Positions 4,873-6,931 of a DNA stretch of 6,931 bases are shown here, one piece after another. Within the stretch, counting starts at the first letter, position 1. Each line of letters starts with the position of its first letter. The translations under genes and the position numbers were made by a program. Below the pieces are notes generated by a model. That model searched no databases. It was not told the DNA's origin and saw nothing but the letters and a program-made list of their open reading frames with translations. Origin of the DNA: a virus (taxonomy: Duplodnaviria > Heunggongvirae > Uroviricota > Caudoviricetes); IMG/VR virus record IMGVR_UViG_2529293078_000014; one strand, 5' to 3'.

Positions 4873-5964
4873 ATGCGTGATTACGCAAAAGTTTCTCCGC
4901 GATTCTGGCTGGGAGAAACGGGGAGAGAACTTAGAAAGGCGGGTGCAGAAGCGCAAGTTGTTGCTTTTTACCTGATGACATCCCCTCACGCAAATATGCT
5001 GGGTTTGTATTACCTGCCAGTTTTATACCTTGCTCATGAAACCGGGCTTGGTCTGGAAGGGGCTTCAAAGGGGCTTAAAAGGGCTGTTGAAGCTGGTTTT
5101 TGTAGCTATGACCATGATGCAGAGATGGTCTGGGTCCATGAAATGGCAGCCTGGCAGGTTGGGGAAACGTTGAAGCCTGGCGATAACCGTTGTGCAGGTG
5201 TCAGGAATGAGTATGCATCATTACCTGAAAACGCTTTTCTGTCAGTGTTTTACGACAGATATAAAACGGATTTCCATCTGGATGTGAGGCGGAATAATAG
5301 CCGAAATTCGGTAAGGGGCTTCGAAGGGGATTTTAAGGGGCTTCGAAGCCAAGAACAGGAACAGGAGCAGGAGAAAGAACAGGAACAGGACAAAAACACT
5401 ATGGTTCATGGCAAAAAAAACACCACGAACCAGGCAGGGGATGTTCAGACCGTCAATCCTGGTCAGCCAGCAGGCACGACACCGGAAGCCGATTCGGGCG
5501 CTGTGCAGCAGGTGATGACCGCAGGGTCGGAGCAATCACACCAACTGCAGCAGCCTGAAGCCGATTCCGCCATTCAGCGGGAAGCCGATCGGGTAGTCCC
5601 GGAAAGCACCGGGCAGTCTGTGGGACGAGTGGATTATCCGGATGTGTTCGAACAGGTCTGGCGGGAATACCCGTTGCGTGCTGGGGCAAACCCGAAGAAA
5701 TCCGCTTTCAGTGCCTGGAAGGCCAGATTGCGCGAGGGGGTGCCACCAGAGACCATGCTGGATGGTGTGAGGCGTTACGCGAGATACCTGGCGGCGACCG
5801 GGAAAGCGGGAACGGAATTTGTTCAGCGAGCGACGACGTTTTTTGGGCCGGACCGGAATTTTGAAAACCCCTGGTTGCTCCCGGTAAGCGGCACGAACAA
5901 CCAGCGTTGTGTGAATCATATTTCTGAACCGGATACCGAAATTCCGCCGGGATTCAGGGGGTGA
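4873..5964 (+). CDS. Putative phage replication initiation protein (363 aa; YdaU-like by position, functional analog of lambda O) with an internal Gln/Glu repeat linker
   Basis: Long ORF directly upstream of the DnaC-like gene. ATG at 4873 has GAGG 5 nt upstream, whereas the track start at 4762 has no Shine-Dalgarno. C-terminal motif VFEQVWREYPLRAGANPKKSAFSAWKARL resembles phage replication-initiator C-terminal domains. Family assignment is from memory. Confidence 0.65.
   Translation: MRDYAKVSPRFWLGETGRELRKAGAEAQVVAFYLMTSPHANMLGLYYLPVLYLAHETGLGLEGASKGLKRAVEAGFCSYDHDAEMVWVHEMAAWQVGETLKPGDNRCAGVRNEYASLPENAFLSVFYDRYKTDFHLDVRRNNSRNSVRGFEGDFKGLRSQEQEQEQEKEQEQDKNTMVHGKKNTTNQAGDVQTVNPGQPAGTTPEADSGAVQQVMTAGSEQSHQLQQPEADSAIQREADRVVPESTGQSVGRVDYPDVFEQVWREYPLRAGANPKKSAFSAWKARLREGVPPETMLDGVRRYARYLAATGKAGTEFVQRATTFFGPDRNFENPWLLPVSGTNNQRCVNHISEPDTEIPPGFRG
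5057..5400. repeat. Iteron-like direct repeats and a hexanucleotide repeat inside the replication gene (candidate origin)
   Basis: AAGGGGCTTCAAAG at 5057..5070 and AAGGGGCTTAAAAG at 5068..5081 (11-bp phasing); AAGGGGCTTCGAAG at 5313..5326 and 5335..5348; (GAACAG)-type hexamer repeats at 5351..5395 encoding QEQEQEQEKEQEQ; A-rich stretch at 5390..5418. Confidence 0.35.
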
Positions 5965-5970
5965 TGTGGC

Positions 5971-6717
5971 ATGAAAAACATTGCGGCAGCCGGGGTTCTT
6001 GAACGTATTCGCAGACTTGCACCACAGGCGTCGGTTCCACCGTACCGGACGGTGGAGGAGTGGCGGGAATGGCAACTTGCTGAAGGACGAAAACGCAGCG
6101 AGGAGATTAACCGCCAGAATCACCAGTTGCGGGTGGAAAAAATCCTGAATCGTTCGGGCATCCAGCCTCTGCACAGCAAATGCTCGTTTGCGAATTATCA
6201 GGTGCAGAACGACGGGCAAAAATACGCGCTGAGCCAGGCCAAATCCATAGCTGACGAACTGATGACCGGGTGCACGAATTTTGTGTTCAGCGGTAAAACC
6301 GGCACCGGGAAAAATCACCTTGCAGCGGCGATGGGTAACCGGCTGATGGCGAAGGGGCGCAGCGTGATTATCGTCACCGTGTCTGATGTCATGAGCGTGT
6401 TGCATGACAGCTACGACAACGGCAAATCCGGGGAAAAATTTTTACAGGAGCTTTGCAGTGTTGATTTGCTGGTCCTGGATGAAATAGGCGTTCAGCGGGA
6501 GACGAAAAACGAGCAGGTGGTATTACACCAGATAATTGATCGCCGGACAGCATCACTGTGCAGTGTCGGGATGTTAACAAACCTGAATCATGCCGCAATG
6601 AGTACACTTCTTGGTGAGAGGATTATGGACCGCATGACCATGAACGGTGGTCGATGGGTGACGTTTAACTGGGATAGCTGGCGTCCAAATGTCAGCAATA
6701 TGAGGGTTGTGAAGTAA
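5971..6717 (+). CDS. DnaC-like replicative helicase loader (AAA+ ATPase, 248 aa; YdaV-like / lambda P analog)
   Basis: Walker A GKTGTGKNHLAAA and Walker B DLLVLDEIG; alignable along its length with E. coli DnaC as I recall it (MKN..., SGI.PLH..CSF.NY, GKNHLAAA, VDLLV.DEIGVQ, MLTN, LGER.MDRM, FNWDS.R); starts 7 nt after the initiator stop. Confidence 0.9.
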   Translation: MKNIAAAGVLERIRRLAPQASVPPYRTVEEWREWQLAEGRKRSEEINRQNHQLRVEKILNRSGIQPLHSKCSFANYQVQNDGQKYALSQAKSIADELMTGCTNFVFSGKTGTGKNHLAAAMGNRLMAKGRSVIIVTVSDVMSVLHDSYDNGKSGEKFLQELCSVDLLVLDEIGVQRETKNEQVVLHQIIDRRTASLCSVGMLTNLNHAAMSTLLGERIMDRMTMNGGRWVTFNWDSWRPNVSNMRVVK

Positions 6718-6738
6718 TTTTGTCCGGAGGAAATTTTA

Positions 6739-6876
6739 ATGGAAACCGTATCTGACGCACTGAAAGCACTGAAAAAAGCCTCTTCACATGTGGTGGCAGC
6801 TCGCCTTGGAATCAGTCGTGAAGAGGCTGTCAACGAGCTGTGGGAACTCAAAATCCGCATATTGATAATATATTGA
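6739..6876 (+). CDS. Small hypothetical protein (45 aa, [45 protein letters not shown])
   Basis: GGAGG (6726..6730) 8 nt upstream of the ATG at 6739; follows the DnaC-like gene on the same strand; TGA at 6874..6876. Below the track's length cutoff; translated by hand. Confidence 0.35.
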   Translation: METVSDALKALKKASSHVVAARLGISREEAVNELWELKIRILIIY

Positions 6877-6931
6877 CAGGCATCATTGCTGTCTGTGAAA
6901 AATAAGTCTCTACAAACATATAAGGCCTTTT

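Noticed and set aside
5242-6405. Long minus-strand ORFs antisense to the replication genes (97, 78 and 289 aa)
   Set aside because: Arg/Pro/His-rich translations typical of the antisense strand of GC-rich coding DNA; they overlap genes with clear homology (DnaC-like) on the plus strand.
6389-6860. 72-aa and 90-aa minus-strand ORFs
   Set aside because: Antisense to the DnaC-like gene and the small downstream ORF; Ser/Arg/Cys-rich composition.
1-6931. CRISPR arrays, tRNA/rRNA genes, insertion-sequence ends or transposases
   Set aside because: No spacer-repeat arrays, cloverleaf-like conserved tRNA motifs or transposase-like ORFs were seen on inspection.

Overview
This window reads as the early/immunity region of a lambdoid (Qin/Rac/CP-933P-like) prophage from an Escherichia-type genome. 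All gene identifications rest on reading the translations and on remembered family features; no database search was run. Leftward (minus strand) lies a dicB-type operon: ydfA-like, a 36-aa ydfB-like ORF, a ydfC-like gene whose frame is broken at A7 tracts, a ~560-bp spacer carrying a convergent small zinc-ribbon ORF, the DicF sRNA, dicB, ydfD and the start of a further ORF. Upstream of that operon sits a cI/DicA-like repressor co-transcribed with a ParE-family toxin and a 63-aa antitoxin (paaR2-paaA2-parE2-like three-component module), ending in an intrinsic terminator. Divergent from the repressor, on the plus strand, are a Cro-like YdaS-family gene, an overlapping YdaT-family gene, a 169-aa hypothetical gene, a replication-initiator-like gene with internal iteron-like repeats, a DnaC-like helicase loader and a small 45-aa ORF. 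Both promoter regions carry nearly identical ~38-bp palindromic operators. Most of this is recognisable prophage biology; the parts I cannot explain and rate highest are the frameshifted ydfC-like gene, the spacer with the convergent zinc-ribbon ORF, and the 169-aa gene with its antisense ORF and 217-bp gap. No rRNA, tRNA, CRISPR array or transposase was seen.
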